A stretch of 64,000 nucleotides of DNA, from positions 1 to 64,000 of IMG/VR virus record IMGVR_UViG_3300033145_001598. One strand, written 5' to 3'. The translations under genes were made by a program, and so were the position numbers. Below are positions 19,172 through 31,500 of this stretch, piece by piece. The DNA comes from a virus. Below the pieces are notes generated by a model, which was not told the DNA's origin, ran no database searches, and worked only from the letters and a program-made list of their open reading frames with translations. The stretch's first letter is position 1. Each line of letters starts with the position of its first letter.

Positions 19172-20188
19172 CTATTCTCCGCTTAACAATCGTTCTCTGA
19201 TCTCTCCTGCCATTGAAGTGTTTTCTTTAAGGAGTTGGCTAACAGTAGCTCCTCCTTGACCAAGTCTCTCCCCCTTATAGGAGTACCATGACCCTGACTT
19301 CTCTATAATATTTCTTTCTACTCCCATGTTAAGCAAGTCTTTGGCCCAGTTAATTCCCTTGCCAAACTCTATTTCTATAAGGACTTCTTTGAAAGGATTT
19401 CCTGTCTTGTTCTTGGCTACCTTAACTTTTACCTCTATCGCGGAAGCTTCTCCCTTCTCGTTGTCTTTGCCATCTTTTATGATAGCTTTTTTTCTAATAT
19501 CTATTCTTTGCGAAGCATAAAACTTAAGAGCATTCCCTCCGCTAGTAACTTCGGGACTACCAAACATAACTCCTACTTTCATTCTAATTTGATTGATAAA
19601 GATGATAGTAGTACCAGCTTTCTTTAGAAGACTAGTAAGTTTCCTGCAAGCTTGGCTCATTAGTCTTGCTTGTAAACCAATATGAGATTGGCCCATGTCT
19701 CCTTCAAGTTCTGCTTTTGGAACTAGTGCAGCAACGGAATCTATTACTATCAGACCCACTGCTCCGGACCTAACTAGAATGTCAGCTATTTCTAGGGCTT
19801 GTTCGCCACAGTCTGGTTGAGATATTAGTAGGGCGTCCATGTTGACACCCAAATCTCTAGCATATTGATAATCTAATGCATGCTCTGCATCAATGAAGGC
19901 ACATGTATCACCTGTCTTCTGTGCTTCTGCTATTGCATGAAGTGCTAGAGTGGTCTTTCCACTTGATTCTGGACCAAAAATTTCAATCATTCTATTCCTG
20001 GCATAGCCTCCTCTCAGTGCTTTATCCAAACTGATAGATCCAGTTGAAATTCTTTTGATATCACTGAAGTCAGAAGTGTTACTAATGATTGCTTCTTTAC
20101 CAAATGCTTTTTCTATTGTTGCTAGAGCCAACTGGATCTGCATCTCCTTATTGTCTGTAGTTTCACCATTGTTCTTCGATTTGCTCAT
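19172..20188 (-). CDS. recA: RecA recombinase, bacterial type
   Basis: [52 protein letters not shown]. Confidence 0.97.
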   Translation of the reverse strand: MSKSKNNGETTDNKEMQIQLALATIEKAFGKEAIISNTSDFSDIKRISTGSISLDKALRGGYARNRMIEIFGPESSGKTTLALHAIAEAQKTGDTCAFIDAEHALDYQYARDLGVNMDALLISQPDCGEQALEIADILVRSGAVGLIVIDSVAALVPKAELEGDMGQSHIGLQARLMSQACRKLTSLLKKAGTTIIFINQIRMKVGVMFGSPEVTSGGNALKFYASQRIDIRKKAIIKDGKDNEKGEASAIEVKVKVAKNKTGNPFKEVLIEIEFGKGINWAKDLLNMGVERNIIEKSGSWYSYKGERLGQGGATVSQLLKENTSMAGEIRERLLSGE

Positions 20189-20771
20189 TTAAATTTACCC
20201 TCTCAAATATTTTGCTTAGGACTTCCTCTACTTGTGAGTATAGAGTGCTAAATGAATTTACATTCTTGATAACATAGTCCCATCCATAATAGATTGACAA
20301 GTCTTTTTCACTTGGATGATCATCTATCTCTGGATCATGTTTTATTGCTCTATCTATTCGTATTACAAAACCACCGGCCTCCCTTATAGCATCTGCCTCG
20401 TTTCTAAATCTAACATCAGATATGACAGTGCTTTCTTCTCTGCTTTCTATTCTTCTCATCAAGGTCTTAACCCAGATGCTTCCTCCAAATACATTCCTCA
20501 TGGCTTCTGTACCAGCCTTCTGGAGGATTTCTCGTGGAGTCATACCCCAGTAGGGGTCTACTTCTTTCTTTAGACTGGTGTGTACCTGCTCATCGCTAAG
20601 GCCAAACACTCCTTTACCAATGCCTTCTTTGAGTGAGTGGGCAAAGCTATCCCTAATGAAAGGTCTCTCATCAGGATGGAACTCCTTGCATCTGTCCACA
20701 ATATAATCACAACAGGTGTCCTTGCCACGGCGTCTTCTGTGGCCAAACCCAATTAATAGTTTTTTTGGCAT
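20163..20771 (-). CDS. deoxynucleoside monophosphate kinase
   Basis: G..RRGKDT, SFA..LK, TPREILQ..GTE, ISDVRF.NE, HPSE. Confidence 0.85.
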   Translation of the reverse strand: MPKKLLIGFGHRRRRGKDTCCDYIVDRCKEFHPDERPFIRDSFAHSLKEGIGKGVFGLSDEQVHTSLKKEVDPYWGMTPREILQKAGTEAMRNVFGGSIWVKTLMRRIESREESTVISDVRFRNEADAIREAGGFVIRIDRAIKHDPEIDDHPSEKDLSIYYGWDYVIKNVNSFSTLYSQVEEVLSKIFERVNLNEQIEEQW

Positions 20772-20772
20772 A

Positions 20773-21243
20773 TCAACACTTCAGATCAATGAATTTTTCA
20801 TCTGCTAGAAACATCATTAAACAAGCAATAGATTCAAATATTTCAGTGAAGGTGGCTAGGAACCACCCTGGAACTTCATGAAAAGGTTTGCTTGTTACTA
20901 GATAGCAGGGCTTGCCCGCTTCGTATGCATGACCTACCTCATGGATTGTACCTGACATGGCCTCGCCCTCCCATCGGACGATTAACATGTCTACATTGTC
21001 CACAAAGTTAAGATCAAGATCAATGATCTTCCTCATCAGCTCTGTATATTCAAAGATATTCTCTTTCTTTAGCCGATTCAGCTCTTTTTGGTTGGTTATT
21101 AGGGATTCTTCTTCTTCAGGAATGATACAATCTACTTCTAGATACTCTTTAAGTAAGTCTCTGTACTCTTCTCGCCAAGCTCTACCACCATCTGCTGTAA
21201 ATTCCATCGGGCCAGCAAGATAACAAGTCTTCATATCTTTCAT
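20773..21243 (-). CDS. nucleoside 2-deoxyribosyltransferase / nucleotide N-glycosidase-like protein
   Basis: YLAGPM...W.E, DL..V, SGTIHEVG.A...GKP. Confidence 0.75.
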   Translation of the reverse strand: MKDMKTCYLAGPMEFTADGGRAWREEYRDLLKEYLEVDCIIPEEEESLITNQKELNRLKKENIFEYTELMRKIIDLDLNFVDNVDMLIVRWEGEAMSGTIHEVGHAYEAGKPCYLVTSKPFHEVPGWFLATFTEIFESIACLMMFLADEKFIDLKC

Positions 21244-21570
21244 CTAATCTCCATCTAACATAATCTTAATGTCAAACTCACGAACTTTGTTCTCTTTAAG
21301 GATAGATATCTTCTCTCTAAACCATCGTATATTGAGGTCTAGAATATCCAGTAAGTCATTGAGTGATTTGTCTTCACTACCATAATCTATGACGTAGTCA
21401 TCGTCAAATATAAAGTCTATAGCAGTGTCATAATAGTATTGTTCGATAGGAGCATCGCTGAACTCTAAGCTCAGGTAATCTCTCACAGATTGTTCAACTA
21501 TCTTCAGGATGAGATAGCGACACTCATCTAACTCAGGTAGAGATCTGAATATCAAGTACCACCCTCCCAA
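21244..21570 (-). CDS. hypothetical protein
   Basis: ORF abutting the downstream ATG; start uncertain. Confidence 0.5.
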   Translation of the reverse strand: MGGWYLIFRSLPELDECRYLILKIVEQSVRDYLSLEFSDAPIEQYYYDTAIDFIFDDDYVIDYGSEDKSLNDLLDILDLNIRWFREKISILKENKVREFDIKIMLDGD

Positions 21571-21618
21571 TATAGAGAGTGTACACTGGCTTGACTATTC
21601 TAGTCTAGTTTTAAATAC

Positions 21619-22059
21619 TTAGAGCTCTGTAAGTCTGTCTTTTCTCTGCTTGACACGGAGTTCGCGGCACTCATCACAGAGGGTCACAGTCCATCCATCA
21701 TTCATTGTTTGTCCTGGATTTCCGCATAGTTCACAGATTGTAAAGGATGTCTTCTCTGCTTGCCTGACAACTCCATGGATTTCTTTGTCTACTATTTTAT
21801 GATTTCTCCAGGACCCGTTCCATTCGTAATAGCATCTGAGGCCGCCGAATTTCTCTTTTACCTGGACTATTTCAAAGGCTCCATCAGGAGCATCATATTT
21901 CTTAAGGATTTGATCTATGGTACAGAAGAGTATCTCAAGTAGCTCTGTCCATCCATCTCCAACGTTAAAGCCAAAGCACATTAGAGATTTCATCTTGTCT
22001 TCCGTATTGAACCAGGAAGGATAGCTATTCATTAGCCTTTTTTGGTCTTCTTCTTTCAT
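21619..22059 (-). CDS. phage hypothetical protein (QVKEKFGGLR type)
   Basis: GDGW, QVKEKFGGLRCY, CELCG..G, TLCDEC. Confidence 0.65.
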   Translation of the reverse strand: MKEEDQKRLMNSYPSWFNTEDKMKSLMCFGFNVGDGWTELLEILFCTIDQILKKYDAPDGAFEIVQVKEKFGGLRCYYEWNGSWRNHKIVDKEIHGVVRQAEKTSFTICELCGNPGQTMNDGWTVTLCDECRELRVKQRKDRLTEL

Positions 22060-22089
22060 TATGTCCTCACTATTTCACAACTGTCTCCA

Positions 22090-22635
22090 CTATTTCCAAA
22101 AACAGTGGGCTGCTATTAGTCTGCACCATTTTATAAATTGTTCTTGTCCATAAATATTCTTCATACGATTTATATCTTTATGAACCCATTGTATGTTTCC
22201 TTTTACATATCCCTTCTTAGAATCAATTCGATCTAAAGAAGCTGTTTTTATGTTTATATTTCCAAGAGCAATAGGTATTCCTGATAATGCACATTTTCTA
22301 TCTTGAGACAGAAACAATTCCCAGGCATCTTTGATTGTTATGTTTACTTCTAGTGGACCTCTACTATTATTTTGTGCATTTCTTGTGATTTGGTTCCAAT
22401 GATTTCCTGTAAGATCTCCATAGCCTGTCCACTTATAATGTCCACTCTTTTGAGGTTTTATACAGCCACAGGATTTGCTGTTTCGTCTTTTTAAATGTGA
22501 AGCATAAACATCTCTAATTGTTCCGCATTCACATTGACAGCGATAACGGGTATGTCCTCTCCTTGTGCTACTTATGTCTTCTAATATTGTCCATTTATTA
22601 AACTTGTCTCCCTTATTAAACTGTAGTTTTTTCAT
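22090..22635 (-). CDS. free-standing homing-endonuclease-like protein downstream of RNR
   Basis: CQCECG...SCGC N-terminal module; CALSG, SLDRIDS.KGY..GN.QWV...N.MK. Confidence 0.75.
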   Translation of the reverse strand: MKKLQFNKGDKFNKWTILEDISSTRRGHTRYRCQCECGTIRDVYASHLKRRNSKSCGCIKPQKSGHYKWTGYGDLTGNHWNQITRNAQNNSRGPLEVNITIKDAWELFLSQDRKCALSGIPIALGNINIKTASLDRIDSKKGYVKGNIQWVHKDINRMKNIYGQEQFIKWCRLIAAHCFWK

Positions 22636-22677
22636 ATGCTAATATATAGCACACTATATTATAGCTAGCAACTATTA

Positions 22678-25488
22678 CTATGTATTATTGGGAATAATAC
22701 TACAGGAGTCTGAGGAACAAAATTTTTCGATGACTTCATTAGTAGCCTCTGATAGATCTAATGGTTTTAGTTTGGTTATAGCTTTCTTGTATTCCTTCTT
22801 GGTTATCTCTTGGTAGGGAGCATGTTCGTAGCCATGGTCCTTAAGAGGTAGGAAACTTATTCCTTTTAGTCTGTGTTCATATAGTTCTAGGGCGTATGGA
22901 ATCTGCGCCGCTTCTTCTTTGTTGAATGTAATGGTACAGCTTACTTGATTATCTGCCCACCAGTATTGCATTTGAGCGGCGTTTTCCAACTGTTCCCACA
23001 TGCTTACGTCACTTTTACTTCTATCAAAATGTTCTTCCTTAATAGGGAAGTACACTGCTGTTGTATTAGGTTCTTTCTTGGGGTCTATCTCTACGCACTG
23101 ATATCCTGCAGCTCTTAGTTTTTCTATGAGAGGTGAATCACTAGCGAACCTAATAACTCGGTGATAATATTCGCTATGAGGGTTATGAATACCAGGAGTA
23201 GCCCCTGGCAACAGAGAAATAGTCCCCGAGGGCTTGAGACTAGTAATCTTAATACTCTCCGGAATACAAAGCCATCTACTATAGATGCCATCTAACCTCT
23301 TTAAATAATCGTACCCTTGGTCACACCAGCTGAAGAGTTCCCGCCGTCCATGTATCTTAAATGCCTGCGCTATACCTGACATGCTGGTGCCAATACGCCT
23401 ATTCCTTAACATAACAGCATTGGTTCTAGCATCATGAGTATGTACTAGAGTTACTGTCTTAGCATAGAGATAGGCAAACTTTAATGTTCTTTGAAACTCT
23501 TCATAGCCACTATGTTTAGCAGGAAAAGTTTCAACCAAATTACATAGTTCGAAGGATTCTAAAGTTTGTTCCAAACATGGATTTCCTCCTGCTGCAGCTA
23601 CATCTTTATAGTCTGCTGGATCTTTAGTTCTAGAATATTTTCTAGCATTTTCTAACCAAAAATATCCAGGTTCTCCATTTTTTGCTGTTCTTTCAGCACA
23701 TTCTTTATAGTTCATTCCTAGTATAGCAAAAATTGAATTATTACTGGCCCATCTGTGATGATCAAGAGCTTTTTTATTAACTTTAGGGTCTTTAAGCTCA
23801 AGGAAATCTATGTCATCAGGCTCCCCAAACATAATCTCTGCTGTCCTACGGAGGTTACCAGCTACTACACATCTACCTATTAGATTAAATATATCTACTA
23901 TAGCTGTAGAGGTAACAGCTTCTCCCACTAGTTTGTCTAGGAGTTTTTCAAGACTTTCTACTAGTTCTATTAATGGTTCCGGACCACTATTATGTGAAAC
24001 AAATCCATTGGCTACAAAATTATGGAATGGTGCCTCCATTTGCAAATCGAATACTCTTTCATATCCTTGCTTCTGTATGCTCACTATATTGTCAAAGTTT
24101 AGGTATCTATGCTCGTATGGTGAGCCTAAATGATCTTCTTTTGCATGAGTTTTATTATGACAACGGGCACATAAAGTTTGAAGATTATAATGATTGTTAT
24201 TTAAAGCATTTCTGTCACGATGATGGACATAAATATAATGTTCTCTTGTTGAGAACTCATCATTACCACAAAGTTCACAGGTTGGGTGTAATTTAAGATA
24301 GTCCCTATTTTCTTTTCTTTGCCTTGCTGTTATTGCAAGAGCATCATCTCTTATTTGATACACATCAAAGCATGGCTTACATCTTATTGCTCGTCTACTT
24401 ATTGAACATCCACAGTCTATACAAGTGCCTGTTTTTCTTTCTTTAGCTCCATTAATTGCAATGTCTTCTCCTATAGAAAAGTTTTCTAAATACTTATATC
24501 TTCCTTCTGAGTCTAGGAATCTATGATTAGATGTTGCTTTGATTGAATAACCTAGTCTTGTTGTGATTTCAAATACTTCTGCGGTTCCATTATCATAAAT
24601 ATCAATGACCTTGTTTCTAAAGAAGCTACCAGTTTTTTCATCTAATGAACGGATTAAAATATTTCTTGATTCCCAGTTCCAGGTTGTATTTTGTTTCGTG
24701 TCATATAGTTCTTCTATAGTAATCTGATTTTCATTCTTACCTTTATGATGATCATCCAGATAGAGTAGCGTTTCTCCTGTTAAACAAGCCGTACCACCAA
24801 ACCCACGGATAGGGGTCCCTGAGGGCCTGACTTGACTGTAGTCTATGTTTTCTGGAAAGGTATCTCTTCCTACATAGGAGTCGAGAACACGTCTTATAAG
24901 CTCAACCCAGCCTTCTCGTGAGTCTTCTACAACATGCTTGCCACCTATACGTGGTTCACGGATGTTAATAGTCCCCGCACCTCTAGTGTCTCCTCCGACA
25001 CCTACGCCAAGCATAGACATGTCCATAAGAAAGCAAAATGGATCTGAGAACGAAGTCTTAAGGTCTATCGTGGAGCACATTGCACAATTATTCAACGAGG
25101 CTGCTTTTTCAAGCAACCTATCCGTTCCCATCATCCACATACCACGACCTGGAGGCAGGAACTTAAACTCCCACATCAATCGATACATTTCTTGAGCAGA
25201 TCTTTGTGCTTTTCTAGGATTCCAGGGCAGGTGAAGGTCTTTACAGTGAGCTTCTTGGAGGTGATAACAACCTTCTATTACTCGAACTAAAGTTAACCAG
25301 TATTCCTCACTGGTCTTGACTTCATGTTCTTCAGCAAGCTTCTGACACCTCTTAGGGATATTCTCCAGAGCTCTACTGTAAGTTCTTTTGTAGGTGATAT
25401 ATCCGATTTGGCCCCATTCTGGTTGTTTACCAGCAAATTTGGCAACAAATCTATCATCTAGTCTGAAGCGGACGACAGACATATCCAT
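22678..25488 (-). CDS. nrdJ: class II (B12-dependent) ribonucleotide reductase, intein-containing
   Basis: RTYSR, PPGRG.W, LNNC, GNLRRTAE, SNNS, NPCLEQ, CNLVE, KPSGT; C-terminal CSSDSC. Confidence 0.92.
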   Translation of the reverse strand: MDMSVVRFRLDDRFVAKFAGKQPEWGQIGYITYKRTYSRALENIPKRCQKLAEEHEVKTSEEYWLTLVRVIEGCYHLQEAHCKDLHLPWNPRKAQRSAQEMYRLMWEFKFLPPGRGMWMMGTDRLLEKAASLNNCAMCSTIDLKTSFSDPFCFLMDMSMLGVGVGGDTRGAGTINIREPRIGGKHVVEDSREGWVELIRRVLDSYVGRDTFPENIDYSQVRPSGTPIRGFGGTACLTGETLLYLDDHHKGKNENQITIEELYDTKQNTTWNWESRNILIRSLDEKTGSFFRNKVIDIYDNGTAEVFEITTRLGYSIKATSNHRFLDSEGRYKYLENFSIGEDIAINGAKERKTGTCIDCGCSISRRAIRCKPCFDVYQIRDDALAITARQRKENRDYLKLHPTCELCGNDEFSTREHYIYVHHRDRNALNNNHYNLQTLCARCHNKTHAKEDHLGSPYEHRYLNFDNIVSIQKQGYERVFDLQMEAPFHNFVANGFVSHNSGPEPLIELVESLEKLLDKLVGEAVTSTAIVDIFNLIGRCVVAGNLRRTAEIMFGEPDDIDFLELKDPKVNKKALDHHRWASNNSIFAILGMNYKECAERTAKNGEPGYFWLENARKYSRTKDPADYKDVAAAGGNPCLEQTLESFELCNLVETFPAKHSGYEEFQRTLKFAYLYAKTVTLVHTHDARTNAVMLRNRRIGTSMSGIAQAFKIHGRRELFSWCDQGYDYLKRLDGIYSRWLCIPESIKITSLKPSGTISLLPGATPGIHNPHSEYYHRVIRFASDSPLIEKLRAAGYQCVEIDPKKEPNTTAVYFPIKEEHFDRSKSDVSMWEQLENAAQMQYWWADNQVSCTITFNKEEAAQIPYALELYEHRLKGISFLPLKDHGYEHAPYQEITKKEYKKAITKLKPLDLSEATNEVIEKFCSSDSCSIIPNNT
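23989..24786 (-). mobile_element. intein with HNH endonuclease in RNR (266 aa)
   Basis: GGTA|CLTGET ... TSNH ... VHHRDRN..NN...NL..LC..CH ... VSHN|SGP. Confidence 0.9.
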
Positions 25489-25516
25489 AAGTAAGTTAAC
25501 CTTTCTTTTGACTGAG

Positions 25517-25885
25517 TTATTCTGATTTGTTCTGAGCTTTAGTGAGTAGATTTAGAGACATTTTCATCATCTCAGCAATTTGACCCATGGTCTTCATGAG
25601 AATCGGGAAACCATATCCTGTACTCATGTCTTTGGTTACATCAATTCTATGCCCAGCATAGGAATGTAGTCCCATAAGCTCAACAATACCTGTGTTTTTG
25701 CCAATGATATCAAAGAGAAATTCGCCATCATCTTCTTTAAGGCCAATGATATAGCCATATTTCAATGCTGGTATCTGTCTGACCTCTCCTTCAGCGTCTT
25801 CCATTCTGTCATCAAGCTCTTCGGCGAGCGCTTCTTCATGTTCTTCGATTCCAAATTCGTCAACTTCTTTAGGTTCGTCTGTCAC
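25517..25885 (-). CDS. acidic hypothetical protein
   Basis: ORF overlapping the upstream stop. Confidence 0.5.
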   Translation of the reverse strand: MTDEPKEVDEFGIEEHEEALAEELDDRMEDAEGEVRQIPALKYGYIIGLKEDDGEFLFDIIGKNTGIVELMGLHSYAGHRIDVTKDMSTGYGFPILMKTMGQIAEMMKMSLNLLTKAQNKSE

Positions 25886-26658
25886 TGTTGTTCATTCCTT
25901 CCCAACATGCCGTCTAGTCTTTGTTCGTGCTGCAGCATTTTGGCTTCTACGCTAAGATTTAAGACAATATCTTCTATATGTTTTCGTGTTTCAAATAAAC
26001 TATTGAGTACATCTTTCCAGAAGGCTAGCTCCAACTCAGCACAGGTTACAGCTTCTTGAAGATCAGCTGTAGCTTGTTCTGCTAATAGGTTGAGAGTATC
26101 TTTAGCTGGAAGTTTCTGATTCTTTGCAGTGTATAAAGCTACTTGTCTAGAGAATTCTTTTCTATGTTCTTTGTCTCGGTAGCTTTTTGTCATGGAGAGT
26201 CTAGCTTGAGAATCCCTTTTCTCACTGTTGGCTCTCTGCTGTAGGTCCATCAGCTGGGTGCTAGCTTGTCTACAATTGGCTGGGGTCGCATCTTCATCTA
26301 TATCTACTTTAAATATCTGTCTCCACTCGTCTGGTAACTTGCCTGAGATGAGGTACTGAGACTTAAATCTTCTTGCAGTGTCATCAGAGACTCCTTTGCC
26401 TGCCTTGAGATGGTTTATGATATCTTCTGCTATCTTGATGCCGGGATCTTTAAGATCTTCTGACATCTCTTCTCCTTCTTCCTCTAATTCTTCTGCTATT
26501 CTCCCTATCCTGAGTTCGTTCTCGTCTAAGTTTTGATCCCCCCCAAAAACTTGGGCTAGCTCCTGGAAGGGATCTGTTATGTGGGGAATTGTGACATTCC
26601 CCTGGCGGGACGTACAACATGTGGAATCTATCTTACATTCGTCTTCAGATGTTGGCAA
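25882..26658 (-). CDS. helical coiled-coil protein
   Basis: Long heptad-like C-terminal half. Confidence 0.5.
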   Translation of the reverse strand: MPTSEDECKIDSTCCTSRQGNVTIPHITDPFQELAQVFGGDQNLDENELRIGRIAEELEEEGEEMSEDLKDPGIKIAEDIINHLKAGKGVSDDTARRFKSQYLISGKLPDEWRQIFKVDIDEDATPANCRQASTQLMDLQQRANSEKRDSQARLSMTKSYRDKEHRKEFSRQVALYTAKNQKLPAKDTLNLLAEQATADLQEAVTCAELELAFWKDVLNSLFETRKHIEDIVLNLSVEAKMLQHEQRLDGMLGRNEQQ

Positions 26659-26668
26659 TAGTTTCTTC

Positions 26669-27586
26669 CTATTTTTTACTTCTTTCCATAACCTTGCGAA
26701 ACACCTTAGGAATTCCGCAATAGTCCATAGGACTGGGGTTTCTATTGTGAACTATTCTTTGAATGTTTTCCCATGTATCAACTGGGCCAACCCTTACTTT
26801 GTCGTCCATTAGATGATAAGAATCATATGGACATCCTGTTACCGAACCATCTGGCCACACATGTAATTTCCTTGTTCCTGCTCCACATGTTAAACCTGAC
26901 TTTATATTTATGACAGTGTCTTGCATACAACTGTCTTCAATTAATTTCTCTTTTGGAACTCTGTCTCTAGATTCAAACCATCTTTCTATGGCCTTTGCAT
27001 CCGGCCCTGATCCTAGAGCATCTTTTTCTAGTGTTAGATATACTTTATCCGCTAGTTTTACTCCAGAATCAAATTGATCTACAGGTAAATATCCACTAAT
27101 CATGGCATTATAGTGTAGTTTTACATCTAAGCAATCAATTATGTTACGTAGTTCTTGCCTGGTCCAGTCACTTTTTGGCATACAGGACAGAGACAGTGTG
27201 TCTACTTTGCTTAAGAATTTTATTGTGGGATTATCTTGGCGTCCCATGACAAGGCTAGCCCATGACTTTAATGAATCATAATCTCTTATTGTTAGGCAGA
27301 GGTCGGGCAGATTCTTTTCATGGTCATACCTAGTCCATAGTTCCTTAAATAAATTAACTAAGCCTGGGTCTGGATCTAGTGTGGTGTCTAGTGAGATAGT
27401 GAACTGACTACAAGACAGTTTCTTCTCAATAAATAGAAGACTATACAGGTCTACTCTTAGGGACCCCGAATAGGATGAAGCTGGAGATTTACTAACATAG
27501 CAGTTATGACAATTGAACTCGCATCTGAATGCAGGTTGCCACATCACGTGGTCAGTACTAATTTTATCTTTTCCTATTACTAACAT
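26669..27586 (-). CDS. radical SAM superfamily protein
   Basis: CEFNCHNCY motif; CGAG...HVWPDG.V.GC SPASM/twitch-like tail. Confidence 0.75.
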   Translation of the reverse strand: MLVIGKDKISTDHVMWQPAFRCEFNCHNCYVSKSPASSYSGSLRVDLYSLLFIEKKLSCSQFTISLDTTLDPDPGLVNLFKELWTRYDHEKNLPDLCLTIRDYDSLKSWASLVMGRQDNPTIKFLSKVDTLSLSCMPKSDWTRQELRNIIDCLDVKLHYNAMISGYLPVDQFDSGVKLADKVYLTLEKDALGSGPDAKAIERWFESRDRVPKEKLIEDSCMQDTVINIKSGLTCGAGTRKLHVWPDGSVTGCPYDSYHLMDDKVRVGPVDTWENIQRIVHNRNPSPMDYCGIPKVFRKVMERSKK

Positions 27587-27589
27587 TGT

Positions 27590-28549
27590 TTAATCCAAGT
27601 CTATCAAGTTGAGTCTATCGTCCATTTCGGTAGTCTCAATGAGGATTGGTTCAGGACTTGCTATTGGTGCAGCTACTAGACAAGCAGCTTTAATCGCCAT
27701 AAGTTCCTGTATAATCCAATGTCTATTTCCTCTTATAGTATTCCATGCTGTATTGAATACCACTTGCCAACCAATCTGACTTTTAGCTACAATAGCACTT
27801 GCCCAGGGATCACATTTCTGTCCTCTATTGTCTCCCTCACCGCTGTAGCCCCATCCCTGATTTTGGTTCAGTTGAATCCATTTTACACCTAGAAAACTTG
27901 GACCAGAAAAAGACTGGATGTATTCAGCAGTCGCTCTTCCAATGAATCCATAGATATCATCTCCGGGAAACTGATTCCTTCTTAAGTCTACCTCTTCTCT
28001 TAACTTAGGCTCTGTTCTTCTTAAATAGAATGCATGGTCTTTTATCTTGTTCATTATTATAGAGTCTAGTCTCTCATATACTTTAGCAAGAAGTCGTGGA
28101 GTACCATTAGTTAAAATATAACGAGCATCTCTCCAGTGAGATATATTTGACTTCATACGAGTACTATTACCAATGTCATACCTATGAGCAAGCTGAGAAT
28201 TATATTGTTGATCAAGTTTTTCTACTGCTTCCCAGTCTTGATTACTTGCAAGAGCATAGTAATGTCTTGCTTCAGCAGGTACATCCGGTGCGGTGAAAAA
28301 AGGTTCGGGTATTGGTTCTAATAATGTCTTTTCTTCCGTAAATGATTGACATACAGATAGAAGATCTAAAGGTATTATTGAATCAGATGCCGGTCTATCG
28401 ACAAATGCTAGTTGTTGTACTTTTAAATCTAAGCTATTCATAACAGCATTAAGCTGTCTTACTTTAGGTAGCTTTCTAGATGTGTATCCATCGGTTCTTA
28501 CGACAGCCTGTATTTCTGGATAACAATTGTTATGTTCGTAATTCGGCAT
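27590..28549 (-). CDS. hypothetical protein with DRLxxLD-type C-terminus
   Basis: Ends EMDDRLNLIDLD. Confidence 0.55.
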   Translation of the reverse strand: MPNYEHNNCYPEIQAVVRTDGYTSRKLPKVRQLNAVMNSLDLKVQQLAFVDRPASDSIIPLDLLSVCQSFTEEKTLLEPIPEPFFTAPDVPAEARHYYALASNQDWEAVEKLDQQYNSQLAHRYDIGNSTRMKSNISHWRDARYILTNGTPRLLAKVYERLDSIIMNKIKDHAFYLRRTEPKLREEVDLRRNQFPGDDIYGFIGRATAEYIQSFSGPSFLGVKWIQLNQNQGWGYSGEGDNRGQKCDPWASAIVAKSQIGWQVVFNTAWNTIRGNRHWIIQELMAIKAACLVAAPIASPEPILIETTEMDDRLNLIDLD

Positions 28550-28555
28550 TTTAAT

Positions 28556-31500
28556 TTAGTCGTCTAAAAGATCTGATGTTCTGACTTCTTCTTCAGATAC
28601 ATAGTCTTTCTTTTCTTTTTCTTTCTCTGTCTGAATCTCATCTAGGTCGTCTAGAGAGTCAGCTAGGTCGAGCTCTTTACCACTCTCTGTGGTAACAACT
28701 TGAGCTCCTGGTGCATTGGCAGCAGCTGCTAGAGAGCTAGCATATCTTGCCCTGTCTCGTGCCCAGCTTCTAATCTCGTCAATCTTTTCCTTCATGATCT
28801 TAGCAATAGCCTTCGTATCTTTCAGTGCTCCGAGAATATCCTTTGTCTGGATTTCTCTCTTGCCATCCTGAAATGCTCTGACAACAGATTCCTTTACTGC
28901 CTTCTCAATCTCAGAACCTGTGTACATATGACTAGCTGCTACTAGTACTTCCATGTCTAGCTTTAGGTCGTCAGCATTTCTATCTTTTTTCTTAAGATGG
29001 ATACGAAAGATTTCATCTCTCTCTACAGATGTTGGTAGATCAACAAAGAACACTTCATTGAACCTTCTAATTAACTCTGGAGGTAGAGCTTGGATATCAT
29101 TTGCAGTAGCAATCGTGATGATACCTTCCATCCTCTCTTCCATCGCTGTCAGTAGAGTACCGAAAACACGAGCTAGCGTTCCTCCGTCTGAAAAATTACT
29201 TGATTTTGACCCACTTAAGGACTTTTCAATCTCGTCTATCCAGAGTACAGCTGGTGCTACAGCTTCTGCTTGAGCGATGACCTGTCTCATCTTCTCTTCA
29301 GAGTTGTGGACAAGCATTGGACAGCTTCCTGCGATGAACTTTTCTAGTCCGTGTCCTGGTACAGAGATATCATATACAGTATCTTTTCCCTTTTCTCTTG
29401 GAACTTCTTTGATACTCTTAACTTTAACCCACCGAACCTCGGAATGTGTGGCTGCTTTCATTACTGTACATAGTTCGTCAGTAATTGGGGTACCATAGTA
29501 AGTTCCAGGTGCGAATTGGATACATTTCTTTACTGTCTCTAGGCCAATAGCTGAAGCTCTATGATCATAATTATATGGTCTTGAGTGTAGCTTACTCCAC
29601 ATTCTTTTACGCACAGCATTAATTTCGTCTTTAACCTTCTCTGTTAACGGAATGTAGTATCCATGAATATTAAAAGACTGTCTGTCTGCTAGGGCCTTTG
29701 CCTTATAGTCTTGGATAAATCCCACTTTCTTCTCAAACTTATTAAGGTCTGTCTCTGAACTGATTCTTACAATATAGTCTGTTCCTGGTGTGGTTCTCTT
29801 TCCGCTGTCTGAGATTTTCTCAGCAATATGAGCATGAATGCCTACTCTATGTAATAGATGAGCTATATCATCTCTCAATAACTTAGAGACACTGGATACT
29901 TCTAATATATGACCAGTAAAAGATCCGTCTGTTGAAAAGTAACCAGACAAAAGACCAAAAATATATTCTTTGCTATATCCGAAGACTGATTCTGGAACTC
30001 TTTTGGTATGAGAGTTCCCTTCATATCCATCAGCCTTCAAGGTAGCTTGTAGATCTCTTACATGAACTACCTTACACTGGTCGCTTGAACTACTGTCATA
30101 TATAGAGTAATTAAAATTACCTTCGTCTAGTATTGCTTCAAAAGCTGGCAAGTCTTTGATGTTTAAATGATATCTTACATCTTTTCCATTATAATCACCA
30201 TCTCCTAGCCACGCTCCTGCTAGGAAACCTTCTGTCCAGGTACCTTTATCATTTGTTCCTTCAGCTACATAGAGTACACCAGGGGAAGCAATAAAGTCTC
30301 CTGGGTTCAGAGAGTCTACTCTCACTTCTTTAAGTCGAAGGTTGTCTGTGTAGGAGAATACACCATGGTCTCCAGTGGTTATAATACTTCTACCGTCCTC
30401 TGTCATGAGCTTATACAACTTGTCTTCTGGTTGCATTTTATGTGGAATAAAAGCTTCGACCTTTCCTCTTTGCCCTAATCCAGTATCTGTATAGGTATCT
30501 ACCCAACAGTTGTCTGGTTTATTTTCTACTAGTTCCTGGATTGTATTCCTATGAGAGTCTCCGTCTTCGTCGTACCAGATAATCTCTTCAGAACCCCTGA
30601 TGCTACCTCCCACAAGGCCTGTCATTACCTTACCAACATCTAACCTTAAGAGAGGTAGATTCCACGCCGCGCTTACTGCCTTAGCCAACAGGCTCTTCCC
30701 AGTATTGTGAACAATAACTCCGTCAGCTACAAAATTGTTGTTGGGATATTCCATCTGGATATCATATGTGATATCTTCATCTCTTTTTTCAACACTAACT
30801 ACTGTCCCTTCTTGGATGTAATCTACATTAAAGTTTTCAACTTTAGAATGTAGATGAGCGTGGCCATCATGTTCCATGACCATTAGATTACTAATGTCAT
30901 CGTTCAGAGGACTCTCATCAATGTGATGTACATCATAGTTACGGCTCAAAAACTTAAGTTTTGATGATTGTTGTTCATTTGTCTTAAGAATATCAATAAA
31001 TTCTTCTGGTGTCATTGAATTCATATGAGCTTCAATGACTAGTCGTGCATAGTTAGACCTCTGATATGTACATCCATTAACTTCATGCTCTGATGCTTTT
31101 GGATGATACTTTAGAGTTTCTACAACTCTTCGTTTAGGTCTAAGTTTGATATTTTTACCACCACTAAATTGCGGCTTCATTGATCCTTGACATAGAACTT
31201 TCATTCCTCGTTCTAAGATACCTGCTGGTTTATATAAACCAGTTGCCATACAGATTGGATGATCAGGAGTAAGCATAACAATTTTGTTTTCATTTGAACC
31301 ATCAATTGAAATGCATACTTCTACTATTTCTTTAATACCGGAATCAATAACACCAAGTACACGATTCTTAACAAATTTACCTTCACCATCAAACGAGTGT
31401 AGATATGTGGGAATCTCTGGATTCCATTTATATCTATCGTCACCTCGTTGATTGAATCGTTTATATAGGTCTTCTACTCTAATGTCTCGGAAGTCAGTTC